Assembly: GCA_035695045.1 (NCBI GenBank)
Contig: DASSEX010000085.1
Location: 6,440 to 70,439 of the forward strand
Source of the DNA: Mycobacteriales bacterium
Lineage (GTDB): Bacteria > Actinomycetota > Actinomycetes > JAFAQI01
Direction: 5' to 3'
Length of the DNA: 64,000 bases
Shown one piece after another: positions 37,131 through 45,255 of the stretch. Position 1 is the stretch's first letter. Every line of letters starts with the position of its first letter. The notes under the pieces were generated by a model. It ran no database searches. It worked only from the letters and a program-made list of their open reading frames with translations, and was not told the DNA's origin. Made by a program: the position numbers and the translations under genes.

Positions 37131-38123
37131 ATGACGCCCGGCAAGTTCGCCATCCCTCTGTCGACCCAGGACGCGAAGTGGGCGGTTGGTCAGGCCTGCT
37201 TGGCGCCGTCGGTGCACAACACTCAGCCGTGGCACTTCCGCTGGGACGGCTCGACGTACGAGCTCTATGCGGACACCTCACGCGGATTGACCGAGAGCGA
37301 CCCCGACGGTCGCGAGCTCGTCCTCAGCTGCGGCGCCGCGTTGTTCAACCTGCGCATCGCCCTGCGCAAGCTCGGCTACGACGCGAGCGTCGACGTGCTG
37401 CCGGACAGCAGCAACCCGAGGCTGCTCGCGCGGGTGTCCGTCGCGGAGTCGACACCGGCAGACCCGGCTGAGCGCCGAACCTTCGCGGCCATGTCTCGCC
37501 GGCACACCCACAGGGGAGCATTCGACGACACGGTGCTGACGCCGAAGATCGCGGTGTTCATGCAACGCGCCGCAGAGGACGAGGGCGCCGAGCTCATCTT
37601 CGTCGCGGACCCGGGGCAGCGACGTCGCGTGCTGTCGCTGGCGCGGGCGGCCGAACGCACGGTCGCCAACGACCCGGACGTGCAGGCGGAGCTCGCCGAG
37701 TGGACCCCGCCGCCGAACAGCCGCCGCAAGGACGGCGTGCCGGTGACGGCGTACGCAGCGGAACCGCTGGTCGGCGTCGACGACCTGGCGCCGCGCGACT
37801 TCGACGCAGGCCGTGGCTACGGCGTCGCCGAGACGACCGTGAACACCCCCGGACTCGTCGCCGTCCTGGTGACGGAGACCGACCTCATGCACGACTGGGT
37901 GACTGCCGGCCAGGCGCTCGAGCGCGTGCTCATCTGCGCAGCGGAGCATGACGTCTACGCCACCCTGCACTCGCAGATCACCGAAGTTCCCAACCTGAGA
38001 AGTGAGCTCCGGCGTGAGCTCTGCGTCTCGGGCCACCCGCAGATCCTGCTCCGGTTCGGCTACGCGGAAGACGGTCACCACACTCCGCGACGGCCGGTAG
38101 AGGACGTGCTGGAGCTTCCATGA
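37131..38123 (+). CDS. Acg-family FMN-binding nitroreductase-like protein
   Basis: APSVHNTQPWHFRWDG...ELYAD..R....DPDGRELVLSCGAALFNLRIALR is the signature N-terminus of the Acg (Rv2032-like) family. Confidence 0.85.
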   Translation: MTPGKFAIPLSTQDAKWAVGQACLAPSVHNTQPWHFRWDGSTYELYADTSRGLTESDPDGRELVLSCGAALFNLRIALRKLGYDASVDVLPDSSNPRLLARVSVAESTPADPAERRTFAAMSRRHTHRGAFDDTVLTPKIAVFMQRAAEDEGAELIFVADPGQRRRVLSLARAAERTVANDPDVQAELAEWTPPPNSRRKDGVPVTAYAAEPLVGVDDLAPRDFDAGRGYGVAETTVNTPGLVAVLVTETDLMHDWVTAGQALERVLICAAEHDVYATLHSQITEVPNLRSELRRELCVSGHPQILLRFGYAEDGHHTPRRPVEDVLELP

Positions 38124-38139
38124 CCCGGGGACGCGAGAC

Positions 38140-38155
38140 GGGACTTTCGCCCCTG
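38140..38155. promoter_or_regulatory. DosR-like box
   Basis: GGGACTTTCGCCCCTG, 49 nt upstream of the DUF5709-USP-CBS operon start 38204. Confidence 0.55.
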
Positions 38156-38203
38156 CCGCGGCGGAGAGGGCGACGAAAGGCTCGTGGTGGGAGGTGGCAA
38201 GCG

Positions 38204-38512
38204 ATGAGCACTGACAGCTGGGACGTCGATCAGGCAGTGACAGTCGGCCCGTGGGACGAGGTGCTCGAAGGGCGCAGTGCCTCCACTCGGTACGGCGTCA
38301 CCGAACGCGAAGAGGTCGCGGGCGAACCGCTCGACGTCGCCCTCGCGCAGGAAGAGCCCGACGTCGCTCCCTTCGTCGGCACCGACGACCAGTGGGTGTT
38401 GGTCGAAGAGGACGAGGGCGAGCGCACGTGGCACCCCGCGGATGACGGTCCGGAGACGGCTGCCCTCCACGTGGAGACGACCACGGGGTGGTCCGTCGAG
38501 GAGGAGTCATGA
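38204..38512 (+). CDS. Acidic DUF5709-like protein
   Basis: RBS GGGAGGTGG. GEPLDVALAQEEPD ... AALHVE matches the DUF5709 pattern. Very Asp/Glu-rich. Confidence 0.6.
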   Translation: MSTDSWDVDQAVTVGPWDEVLEGRSASTRYGVTEREEVAGEPLDVALAQEEPDVAPFVGTDDQWVLVEEDEGERTWHPADDGPETAALHVETTTGWSVEEES

Positions 38513-38925
38513 TCAGGTTCCAGCAGGAGATCGTCGTAGGGATCGATGGATCCGCGTCCAGCAAGGGCGCGTTGCGTTGGGCAGAGGAGTACGCGGATCA
38601 GACCGGCGGATCGCTGACACTGGTGACGGTGTGGCACTGGCCGACCTCCTACGGCGCTCCACTCGCCTACGAGGGATTCGACCCGCAGAAGGACGCGCGC
38701 ACCATGGTCGAGGCGGCCAAGGCCGAGCTCAGCATCAACTCGAGCCGTGTGCGCACGCTGGTGGCGGAGGGCCATCCCGGCAAGGTTCTGACCGAGGCTG
38801 CGAGGGACGCCGCCGCCCTGGTCGTCGGCACCCGCGGGCACGGCGGTCTCGTCAGCATGGGACTCGGCTCGACGAGCACCTACTGCGTGCACCACGCGCA
38901 CTGCCCGGTGGTCGTCGTGAGGTGA
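38509..38925 (+). CDS. Universal stress protein (single domain)
   Basis: ATGA overlap with the upstream gene. IVVGIDGSASS..., VVGTRGHGGLVSMGLGSTSTYCVHHAHCPVVVV. Confidence 0.9.
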   Translation: MIRFQQEIVVGIDGSASSKGALRWAEEYADQTGGSLTLVTVWHWPTSYGAPLAYEGFDPQKDARTMVEAAKAELSINSSRVRTLVAEGHPGKVLTEAARDAAALVVGTRGHGGLVSMGLGSTSTYCVHHAHCPVVVVR

Positions 38926-38935
38926 GGGTGGACAG

Positions 38936-39373
38936 ATGACAACGACCGCGCAGCCGACCGTCGGGCACGACGCCCTGGCGGACATCCGGGTGCGCGACGT
39001 GATGACGCGCGACTTCCGCCGGCTGACGACCGAGGCCTCGTTGCTGGAGGCGTTCGGAGCGATGGTGCGGTCCGGCGTTCATCACATGCCGGTGATCCGC
39101 CCGAATGGGCGCTGCCTTGCGTTGCTGGACATGACCACTGTGGTGCGGCGAATCCCGGAAGATCTGGTCGCGCAGGGCGCGGCGCCCCTCGTGCTGCCGG
39201 GAGAGTCCAGTCCACTCTCCGTGCTCGCCGGAGAGCGGCTGACCCGCGCCGCAGCAGCCATGGACGACACCGGCACCGACGCCTGTTGCGTCGTGGATGA
39301 TCACGGCCGGATGATCGGCCTGCTCACCGCGCGCGACGTCGTCGCAGCGGTCGGGCGGGCGGCAGCCGGTTGA
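38936..39373 (+). CDS. CBS-pair domain protein (Hrp1-like)
   Basis: Two CBS motifs (VRDVMTRDF...HHMPVI and ...CCVVDDHGRMIGLLTARDVV). Confidence 0.85.
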   Translation: MTTTAQPTVGHDALADIRVRDVMTRDFRRLTTEASLLEAFGAMVRSGVHHMPVIRPNGRCLALLDMTTVVRRIPEDLVAQGAAPLVLPGESSPLSVLAGERLTRAAAAMDDTGTDACCVVDDHGRMIGLLTARDVVAAVGRAAAG

Positions 39374-39457
39374 TCCGAAACGTCCGAAAGGGCGTGTTCA
39401 TCCGCGCAGAGCGGGAAGGCTCACCAGCGTTGATGCCGTCTCCCCACGGGGGCTTAC

Positions 39458-40354
39458 GTGAGCCAGACCAGCACGGATCTCCGCCCGCGCAGTGACCGGC
39501 GCTTCGCCGGCTCCTCCCAGGTGCCGGTGCGACCGATGGAGTTCGAGCGCTACGTCGCCGATCTGCCCAAGTACTTCGCCGCCGGCGGCGACATCGTGAT
39601 GAGTCATGTGCTGACCGTGCTGTCGTCGACGTTTCCGGAGGGGGAGAAGTTCTTCGTGCGGTCGGTCGCCGCGGTCCGTGACGAGATCACCGATCCGAAG
39701 CTGCGGCAGGACATCGAAGGCTTCATCGGCCAGGAGGAGATGCACGGTCGTGAGCACCAGGTGCTCAACGACCGGCTGGCGGAGCACGGCTACCCGACGC
39801 GCGGCATCGACAGCTACGTCCGCGGGCTCTACTGGGTGCGCGAACGGATCCAGACCAAGAAGGTCAACCTGGCGTTCACCGCCGCGCTCGAGCACTACAC
39901 AGCCACGCTGGCCGAGCTGCTGCTGACCGACGAGGAGGCGCGGCAGGCCGTGGGCAAGCCGGGCGCACGCGACATCCTCACCTGGCACGCGCTCGAGGAG
40001 TCCGAGCACAAGGCAGTCGCCTACGACGTCTTCAAGGCCGTCGGTGGCGGCGAGTTCATGCGCATCTTCGTCATGGTCCTCACCGACCTGCTGTTCATCG
40101 GCGAGACCGGCATCATGCTCGTCATCTCGCTGCTCAAGGACCGGTACGTCTGGCGACACCCGGTGCAGGCGCTGCGCAGCTTCGCGCGTCTGCCGAAGTC
40201 ACCGTTCATGTCGATGCGTGCACTCCGGATTCTGTCGGAGTACCACCGGCCGGGCTTCCACCCCAACGACCGTGACACGACCGAGCTCATCGCCGACTGG
40301 CGGCAGGCGCTGTTCGGTCGGGAGGGCCAGCTGAACGACGTCCTCGCGAGCTAG
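39458..40354 (+). CDS. Predicted metal-dependent hydrolase (PF10118-like)
   Basis: GQEEMHGREH ... WHALEESEHKAVAYDVF metal-ligand-like motifs. GTG start. Confidence 0.7.
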   Translation: MSQTSTDLRPRSDRRFAGSSQVPVRPMEFERYVADLPKYFAAGGDIVMSHVLTVLSSTFPEGEKFFVRSVAAVRDEITDPKLRQDIEGFIGQEEMHGREHQVLNDRLAEHGYPTRGIDSYVRGLYWVRERIQTKKVNLAFTAALEHYTATLAELLLTDEEARQAVGKPGARDILTWHALEESEHKAVAYDVFKAVGGGEFMRIFVMVLTDLLFIGETGIMLVISLLKDRYVWRHPVQALRSFARLPKSPFMSMRALRILSEYHRPGFHPNDRDTTELIADWRQALFGREGQLNDVLAS

Positions 40355-40356
40355 CT

Positions 40357-40761
40357 CTAGCCGGCAGTGTTGACGTCGACCGCCGCGCGGATCAACGCCT
40401 TGAACGCCTTCGGGTCGAGCTCTTCACCTTCGCGGATGTCGATCGCCCGTCGCGTGCTGCCCTCGAGGCTTGCGTTGAACAGCTGCGCCGGATCGGGAAG
40501 AGATGCGCCCTTGGCGAACGTCAGCTTGACGACCGCCTTGTAACACTCGCCGGTGCAGATGAGCCCGTCGTGCGACCACGTGGGCACTCCCGGGTTGGTG
40601 GGCTTGACCCACTTGATCTCCTCGACGACCTCGGGGTCGGCCTGCCTGATCAGGTCGCGCACCTTGCTCAACGTCTGTCCGCGCCAGTCGTCGAAGTCCG
40701 CGATGCGGCGGTCCACCGCTGCCGAGCCGTCCGCGGGGGCTGCTGTCTTCCTCGCCGGCAT
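40357..40761 (-). CDS. DUF1801 (YdhG-like) domain protein
   Basis: VRDLIRQADPEVVEEIKW...VKLTFAKGASLPDP pattern. Confidence 0.75.
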   Translation of the reverse strand: MPARKTAAPADGSAAVDRRIADFDDWRGQTLSKVRDLIRQADPEVVEEIKWVKPTNPGVPTWSHDGLICTGECYKAVVKLTFAKGASLPDPAQLFNASLEGSTRRAIDIREGEELDPKAFKALIRAAVDVNTAG

Positions 40762-40764
40762 CGC

Positions 40765-41163
40765 TCAGGCCTGCGCGATGCGGACGAGGTTGCCGGAGGG
40801 GTCGCGGAAGGCGCAGTCTCGCGCCCCCCACGGTTGCGACGTGGGCTCCTGCAGCACCTCCGCACCGGACGCGCGAACCTTCTCGAAGGTCGTGTCGAGG
40901 TCGTCCGTGCGGAAGATCGCCGCCTGAAGAGATCCTTGCGTCACCAGCGCCAGCAAGGCGTCACCCTCAGCCGGCGAACGGCCACCGTGCGGCTGGGACA
41001 GCACGATGTCGACGTTCTGACCTGGCGCGCCGACGGTGACCCAACGGAACCCGTGCGCCGACACGTCGTTGCGGACCTCGAGGCCGAGCGCGTCCCGGTA
41101 GAAGGTCAGGGCTTCGTCCGGGTCGTGCACCGAGATGAACATGGAGGAGACGCTGATACCCAT
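40765..41163 (-). CDS. VOC/glyoxalase-family protein
   Basis: ALTFYRDALGLEV ... ARDCAFRDPSGNLVRI paired beta-alpha-beta-beta-beta motif. Confidence 0.85.
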   Translation of the reverse strand: MGISVSSMFISVHDPDEALTFYRDALGLEVRNDVSAHGFRWVTVGAPGQNVDIVLSQPHGGRSPAEGDALLALVTQGSLQAAIFRTDDLDTTFEKVRASGAEVLQEPTSQPWGARDCAFRDPSGNLVRIAQA

Positions 41164-41223
41164 GCGACGACCTTAGGTCGGCCGGCACCTCCTGCGCTTC
41201 TCCGATCCTGCTCGCCGTCGCGG

Positions 41224-41634
41224 TCAGGCGGTAACCGGATTCCGTCGTGGCCGGGTGCCCACCATGCTGACGCAGGCCGGGACGACCTGGAGGTCGCTGT
41301 GGTCGTGTGCGCGGTACTGGGACGGGGTCTCGCCGACGATCTCGGTGAACCGGGAGCTGAACGACCCGAGCGACGTGCAGCCCACCGCGACGCAGGTGTC
41401 CGTGACCGACATGCCCTGCCGCAGCAGCGCCTTCGCCCGCTCGATCCGGCGGGTCATGAGATACGAGTACGGCGTCTCGCCGTAGGTCGCCCGGAACTTC
41501 CGCGAGAAGTGCGACGGCGACATCAAGGCGGCCCGCGCCATCGCGGGGACGTCGAGAGGCCGGGCATAGTCACGGTCCATGAGGTCCCGTGCGCGACGGA
41601 GGTGCGCGAGGTCGGCGAGCTCCTCCGGCGTCAT
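41224..41634 (-). CDS. AraC-family HTH transcriptional regulator (DNA-binding domain only)
   Basis: SPSHFSRKFRATYGETPYSYLMTRRIERAKALL ... GCTSLGSFSSRFTEIVGETPSQYR. Confidence 0.85.
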   Translation of the reverse strand: MTPEELADLAHLRRARDLMDRDYARPLDVPAMARAALMSPSHFSRKFRATYGETPYSYLMTRRIERAKALLRQGMSVTDTCVAVGCTSLGSFSSRFTEIVGETPSQYRAHDHSDLQVVPACVSMVGTRPRRNPVTA

Positions 41635-41691
41635 GCCGCTCAATCTACGCACGCAGCCCCAGTCCTGGCCGCGACCGGCCGGTGCAGGGGA

Positions 41692-41708
41692 ATACCGGGG
41701 AGGGGTAT
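41692..41708. promoter_or_regulatory. CsoR-operator-like G-tract pseudo-palindrome
   Basis: ATACCGGGGAGGGGTAT (ATACC/GGTAT arms around a G-rich core), 10 nt upstream of the csoR GTG. CsoR operators are GC-tract palindromes flanked by TAC/GTA. Confidence 0.45.
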
Positions 41709-41717
41709 AGTTCGCGC

Positions 41718-42005
41718 GTGGTCGAGCGGGGTTACAGCGGCGAGAAGGAACGCGTGCAGAAGCGCCTGCGCCGGATCGAGGGCCAGGTCCGTGGGCTGCA
41801 GCGCATGGTCGACGAGGACAAGTACTGCATCGACGTACTCACACAGATCTCTGCGGCGACGTCGGCGCTCAGAGCGGTGGCGCTCGAGCTCCTCGAGGGC
41901 CACCTGAACCACTGCGTCGCGCACGCGATCGAGACAGGTGGACCGGACGCGCAGGCAAAGGTGCGAGAGGCCGCCACGGCCGTCGAGCGCCTGGTGAAGT
42001 CGTGA
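41718..42005 (+). CDS. csoR: CsoR/RcnR-family metal-sensing repressor
   Basis: RLRRIEGQVRGLQRMVDEDKYCIDVLTQISA...GHLNHCV carries the C-H-C ligand pattern. GTG start. Confidence 0.85.
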   Translation: MVERGYSGEKERVQKRLRRIEGQVRGLQRMVDEDKYCIDVLTQISAATSALRAVALELLEGHLNHCVAHAIETGGPDAQAKVREAATAVERLVKS

Positions 42006-42018
42006 CGAGCGGAGAAAC

Positions 42019-43305
42019 GTGATGGACACGATCGGTCACAGCCTTGCCGACGGCTGGTGGATGTTCTGGGAGACGCTCTGGGCCCTGGTCCTCGGGTTCG
42101 GCCTCTCGGGCGCCGTGCAGGCGTTCGTCTCTCGCGCCGAGATGCAGCAGGCGCTCGGTGACAACCGACCGCGCACGATCGCCAAGGCCGGCTTCTTCGG
42201 CATGGTCTCGTCCTCGTGCAGCTATGCGGCGGCAGCGCTCGCGAAGACGCTGTTCGGCCGCGGCGCCGACTTCACCGCCGCCCAGGCCTTCATGTTCGCG
42301 TCGACCAACCTGGTCGTCGAGCTCGGCATCGTGCTGTGGCTGCTGATCGGCTGGCAGTTCGCCGTGGCCGAGTTCGTCGGCGGCGCACTCATGATCGCCT
42401 TGATTCGGCTCGTGCTGCCTCGTGTCGTGTCCGCGGGCGACGTCGAAGCAGCGCGCCGCCGGCTCGATGCGCAAGAACACGATCCGCACGAGCACGGGCA
42501 GCACGAGCATCACGACCACCACGCGCACGCGGAGTCCACGGTGCAGGTCGAGCCGTGGCGCGTCCGCCTGCGCTCGCTCGCCGGCTGGTCCGACGCCGCC
42601 GGCTACACCGTCAGTGACCTGACGATGTTGCGCAAGGAGCTGGTCATCGGCTTCGTCGTCGCCGGCTTCGCCGACTTCGCGGTCCCCACGTCGTTCTGGC
42701 GGTCGTTGTTCATCACCGGGCACGGCTTCTGGTCCTCGCTCGAGAACGTCGTGCTCGGGCCGTTCCTCGCCGTGATCAGCTTCGTCTGCTCGATCGGCAA
42801 CGTGCCGCTCGCGGCCGCGCTGTGGTCGAGCGGCATCAGCTTCGGTGGAGTGGTCTCGTTCGTCTTCGCCGACCTCATCACGCTGCCGTTGCTCCTCATC
42901 TACCGGAAGTACTACGGCACCAGGCTCACGGCGAAGCTGCTCGCCGTGTTCTGGGCGACGATGTCGCTGTCCGGGCTCGCGACGGAGTACCTCTTCAAGG
43001 CCGTGCACATCACCCCACCGCCGCTGCGTCACGGCATGGTCGGCCGCGACGTCTGGGGGCTCAACTACACGACCGTTCTCGACTTCGTCGCTCTTGCGGT
43101 CTTCGCCGGCATCTACTGGCTCTACCGCAACCGTGACCGGTTCGGAGGTGGCGCGGGTTACGCGAAGGATCCGATCTGCGGCATGCAGGTCGAAAAGGCG
43201 CACCCGGGCGCGACCAGTCGGCAGAGCGGCGTCACGGTCTACTTCTGCTCGGACCACTGCCGCGAGCGCTATGAAGGACAGCAGTCCGCCTCTACGATCC
43301 ACTGA
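42019..43305 (+). CDS. Permease (ArsP/DUF318-like) with His-rich loop and C-terminal YHS domain
   Basis: MVSSSCSYAA and FVCSIGNVPLAAALW permease motifs. The loop AQEHDPHEHGQHEHHDHHAHAE is His-rich. The C-terminus DPICGMQVEKAH...VYFCSDHCRERY is YHS/TRASH-like. Confidence 0.8.
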   Translation: MMDTIGHSLADGWWMFWETLWALVLGFGLSGAVQAFVSRAEMQQALGDNRPRTIAKAGFFGMVSSSCSYAAAALAKTLFGRGADFTAAQAFMFASTNLVVELGIVLWLLIGWQFAVAEFVGGALMIALIRLVLPRVVSAGDVEAARRRLDAQEHDPHEHGQHEHHDHHAHAESTVQVEPWRVRLRSLAGWSDAAGYTVSDLTMLRKELVIGFVVAGFADFAVPTSFWRSLFITGHGFWSSLENVVLGPFLAVISFVCSIGNVPLAAALWSSGISFGGVVSFVFADLITLPLLLIYRKYYGTRLTAKLLAVFWATMSLSGLATEYLFKAVHITPPPLRHGMVGRDVWGLNYTTVLDFVALAVFAGIYWLYRNRDRFGGGAGYAKDPICGMQVEKAHPGATSRQSGVTVYFCSDHCRERYEGQQSASTIH

Positions 43306-43325
43306 TTCCAGCTGTGGGGGTCGGC

Positions 43326-44294
43326 ATGAGCGTGCCAGCGCGGTATCGATCAGTAGTGGCGGACAGCGCCCGCTGGGACGGCTTCGTGTTCCGCGACGGC
43401 GACATCGTCATCAGTACGCCGCCGAAGTGCGGCACCACGTGGATGCAGCGGCTCGTGTCGTTGCTGGTGTTCGACGGTCCGGACCTGCCGGCGCCGATCT
43501 CGAAGGTGTCGCCCTGGCTCGACATGCAGCTCGCGCCGCTCGATGACGTGCTCGCGCTGTTGGAGAGTCAGTCGCATCGCCGGTTCATCAAGACGCACAC
43601 GCCGCTGGACGGCATTCCGTACGACGAGCGTGTTCGCTACGTCTGCGTCGGCCGCGACCCGCGCGACGTCGCGGTGTCGACGGGACATCACATGCGCAAC
43701 ATGAACGTCGAGCAGTTCCTCGCGTCCCGGCAGGCCGCCGTCGGCCTCGAGGACCTCGCGGAGTTCGGGATCGACAAGCCCGGCCCGCGAGACCCGGGAC
43801 CCGGGGCGGATCCGGTGCTCGAGTGGATCGACAGCGACGACGACCGGACGCCGATGTCGTTGCGTTCGCTGCTCCAGCACACCTCGACGTTCTGGGGAGC
43901 TCGCAAGGCGCCGAACATCGCGCTGTTCCACTACAGCGACCTGATGAGCAACCTGCCCGGCGAGGTGCTGCGGCTGGCGACGTTCCTCGGCTACGACATC
44001 TCGCCCGCGCGCGCCGCCGAGCTGGCGCAGTGGGCAACCTTCGACGCGATGAAGAGCAGCGCTGACAAGGTCGCGCCCAACGCCGACATCGGGCTCTGGC
44101 ATGACACCAACGCGTTCTTCCACCGCGGCGAGAGCGGCCAGTGGCGCGGCGTGTTCAGCGACGTGCACCTTGCCCACTACGACGAACGGCTCGCGGCGCT
44201 GGCGTCCACGGACCTCGCGGACTGGCTGCATGCCGGGTCTGCTGCGACCAGCTCCGCCGGCAGTGCGTCGCCGGCAGCCGTCACGCCGCGGTAG
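43326..44294 (+). CDS. Sulfotransferase family protein
   Basis: 5'-PSB motif PPKCGTTW, IKTHTPLD, RDPRDVAVS (3'-PB). Alternative GTG start at 43314. Confidence 0.8.
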   Translation: MSVPARYRSVVADSARWDGFVFRDGDIVISTPPKCGTTWMQRLVSLLVFDGPDLPAPISKVSPWLDMQLAPLDDVLALLESQSHRRFIKTHTPLDGIPYDERVRYVCVGRDPRDVAVSTGHHMRNMNVEQFLASRQAAVGLEDLAEFGIDKPGPRDPGPGADPVLEWIDSDDDRTPMSLRSLLQHTSTFWGARKAPNIALFHYSDLMSNLPGEVLRLATFLGYDISPARAAELAQWATFDAMKSSADKVAPNADIGLWHDTNAFFHRGESGQWRGVFSDVHLAHYDERLAALASTDLADWLHAGSAATSSAGSASPAAVTPR

Positions 44295-45255
44295 CGACCG
44301 CCCTGCGCCGTCGCGCCAGCCAGACCATCGCGATCACGCCGCCGAGCGGGATCTCGACGAGGTAGCTGAACACGCGGAAGAGGATGACGCCCGCCGCGGC
44401 CGCCGCCGGATCCGCGCCGAAGGCGACGAGTGTCGCCGTCGCCGCGGTCTCGACGAAGCCGAGACCGCCCGGCGTCAGCGGGACGAGCGTCATCAGACGC
44501 TCGACGGCATAAGTCACCAGTGCGGCGACCGGCGTCACCCGGGCGTCGACCGACGTCAGGCACAGCCACAGCAGCAACGCCTGCAGCGCCGGGTAGCCGA
44601 CGCCGCCGACCGTGATCTGCCGCCAGCCGCGCCGCAGCGCCTCGGCCCCCATCGCCACCGTCTGCCGCAGCGCGGCCGTCGCCGTGGTCAGTCGTCCGCG
44701 TCCCCAGCGGCTGCGCCCGGCAAGCAGCGTCGCGGCCACCAGCACGATCACGGCCGAGAGCACGATGAGGCCCATCCGGCGCGGAGGGAGCGCCACGCCG
44801 GCGGCGACGGACGGCATGAGTGCGAGCGTCACCAGCCCGGCGAGTGCGATGGCGGTCTTCACGACTGCGACCACCAGGTTGCTCAGCGCGGTGAACGACG
44901 AGATCTGCGTACGGCTGTAGCCCCAGGAGCGGAGCATGGCGTAGTTGAGGCCGACGCCGGCCGCACCGCCGAGCGGGAGGACGTTGGAGACGCTGCTCCC
45001 GCCCAGGTTGAGCGCGAGTGCCTGTCGGGTGCGAAGCCCGGGCAGTGAGGCGCGCAGCACGAAGGTGTGCAGCCACAGCCCGCCGGCCCAGACGGCGGTC
45101 AGCTGCCAGATCTGCGGGAGCGGCACCCCTGCGACCCGGTCGGTCATGTCGTCCCAGGCGGTGCCGGTCATCTTCGGAAGGACGACCGCGAGCACGCCGA
45201 CCGCCGCGGGCAGGGCGAGCGCAGCAATGACCCAGCGCGGGCCCCGTCGCGTCAC
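44281..45255 (-). CDS. Lysyl-phosphatidylglycerol-synthase TM-region-like (flippase-like) membrane protein
   Basis: Eight or so TM helices. LTPGGLGFVE and the terminal F..FRV.SY..E..LG pattern are typical of this family. GTGA overlap with the upstream gene. Confidence 0.75.
   Translation of the reverse strand: MTRRGPRWVIAALALPAAVGVLAVVLPKMTGTAWDDMTDRVAGVPLPQIWQLTAVWAGGLWLHTFVLRASLPGLRTRQALALNLGGSSVSNVLPLGGAAGVGLNYAMLRSWGYSRTQISSFTALSNLVVAVVKTAIALAGLVTLALMPSVAAGVALPPRRMGLIVLSAVIVLVAATLLAGRSRWGRGRLTTATAALRQTVAMGAEALRRGWRQITVGGVGYPALQALLLWLCLTSVDARVTPVAALVTYAVERLMTLVPLTPGGLGFVETAATATLVAFGADPAAAAAGVILFRVFSYLVEIPLGGVIAMVWLARRRRAVATAA

Noticed and set aside
39380-39395. Small hairpin ACGTCC-GAAA-GGGCGT after the CBS gene, a possible terminator or everted DosR half-sites
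   Set aside because: The stem is only 6 bp including a G-U pair, there is no U-tract, and the half-site order is inverted relative to the other boxes. This is too weak to call.
41168-41180. 13-nt palindrome CGACCTTAGGTCG just upstream of the VOC gene, loosely resembling the DosR-like boxes
   Set aside because: It lacks the invariant GG at positions 2-3 and the C at position 12. It overlaps the likely RBS (AAGG) of the VOC gene, and the downstream genes are not dormancy-type. It is probably coincidental.
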